A DNA stretch of 63,625 nucleotides, filler included, from Octopus bimaculoides (taxonomy: Eukaryota): assembly GCF_001194135.2 (NCBI RefSeq). It is 6 parts of 6 records of this genome, joined end to end, with 100 filler letters (N's around TTAATTAATTAA, not from the genome) between each part and the next. Parts side by side here need not be neighbours in the genome. Positions count along the whole stretch, not along the records: positions 61,821 to 63,625 come from NW_026440111.1; 5 more parts are not named here. The stretch is one strand, 5' to 3'. Below, piece after piece: positions 62,606-63,625 of this stretch. The position numbers were made by a program, and so were the translations under genes. The notes beneath the pieces were generated by a model, which saw only the letters and a program-made list of their open reading frames with translations, was not told the DNA's origin and did not search any database. Within the stretch, counting starts at the first letter, position 1, and each line of letters starts with the position of its first letter.

Positions 62606-63003
62606 ATATATATNNNNNNNNNNNNNNNNNNNNNNNNNNNNNNNNNNNNNNNNNNNNNNNNNNNNNNNNNNNNNNNNNNNNNNNNNNNNNNNNNNNNNNN
62701 NNNNNNNNNNNNNNNNNNNNNNNNNNNNNNNNNNNNNNNNNNNNNNNNNNNNNNNNNNNNNNNNNNNNNNNNNNNNNNNNNNNNNNNNNNNNNNNNNNNN
62801 NNNNNNNNNNNNNNNNNNNNNNNNNNNNNNNNNNNNNNNNNNNNNNNNNNNNNNNNNNNNNNNNNNNNNNNNNNNNNNNNNNNNNNNNNNNNNNNNNNNN
62901 NNNNNNNNNNNNNNNNNNNNNNNNNNNNNNNNNNNNNNNNNNNNNNNNNNNNNNNNNNNNNNNNNNNNNNNNNNNNNNNNNNNNNNNNNNNNNNNNNNNN
63001 NNN

Positions 63004-63225
63004 GGGACAAAGCTGGCCCTTTGAATTACAGGCACAACAGAAACAGGAAGAAAGAGTGAGAGAAAGTTGTGGTGGAAGAGTACAGCAGCGTTCGCCACCA
63101 CCATCTGCCGGAGCCTCGTGGGGCTTTAGGTGTTTTTCGCTCAATAAACACTCAGAACGCCCGTTCTGGGAATCGAAACTGTGGTCCTATGACCGCGTGT
63201 TTGCTACCGGGCCATTGCGCCACCA
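63004..63225 (-). mobile_element. SINE, family C
   Basis: Matches 37065-37255. Confidence 0.8.
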
Positions 63226-63289
63226 TGTATCTATGTATGTATGTATGTATGTATGTATGTATGTATGTGTGTCTTTGTGTCTATATTTG

Positions 63290-63450
63290 CCCCCCTCCAT
63301 CGCTTGACAACCCCTGCTGGTTTGTTTATGTCTCCGTATGCCTCCGATATAATAAGTATTCGACTTACAAAGAATAAGTCCTGGAGTCTATCTCTCCGAC
63401 TTGAGAACCAGTTTGGGTTGTGCTCCTGTATGGCCGCAGTCAAATGACGG
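63290..63450 (+). mobile_element. SINE family A tail
   Basis: catcgcttgacaac...gaataagtcc...gccgcagtcaaatgac. Confidence 0.7.
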
Positions 63451-63625
63451 GAACATGTACCAGAATAATGGGAAAAAAATATATATATAAAAGTTAGTGT
63501 GTGTGTGCGCGCGTGTGTCTATGCGTGAGTATGTGTGTGCGTGTGTGTGTGCGTGTGTGCGTGTGTGTCTGTCAGTGTGTGTGTTCGTGTGTATGTGTGT
63601 GTATGCGTGCGCGTGTATGTGTGTG

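Overview
Eukaryotic, repeat-dense genomic DNA with many assembly gaps. The SINE families, microsatellite load and RTE LINEs suggest a cephalopod, probably Octopus (inference). Most of the window is decayed mobile elements: tRNA-derived SINEs; RTE, BovB-like RTE, R4/Dong, CR1, Tx1 and Penelope-like retroelements; Tc1, mariner and DD37D transposons; a Helitron-like element and a MITE. One host exon is recognisable, an internal exon of a lipin (phosphatidate phosphatase) gene on the minus strand at 4374-4745. No other lipin exon is visible. The most interesting unexplained structures are: (i) a series of tandemly duplicated 63/66-nt phase-0 candidate exons at 15.4-18.1 kb on the minus strand; (ii) a ~600-bp miniature LTR element (TRIM-like) inserted into an RTE reverse transcriptase; (iii) a candidate two-exon secreted-peptide gene at 37.5-38.4 kb; (iv) a Penelope-like RT fragment enclosed by ~800-bp inverted arms; (v) Penelope-type minimal hammerhead-ribozyme-like motifs. 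All identities and alignments were judged by eye; no database searches were run.
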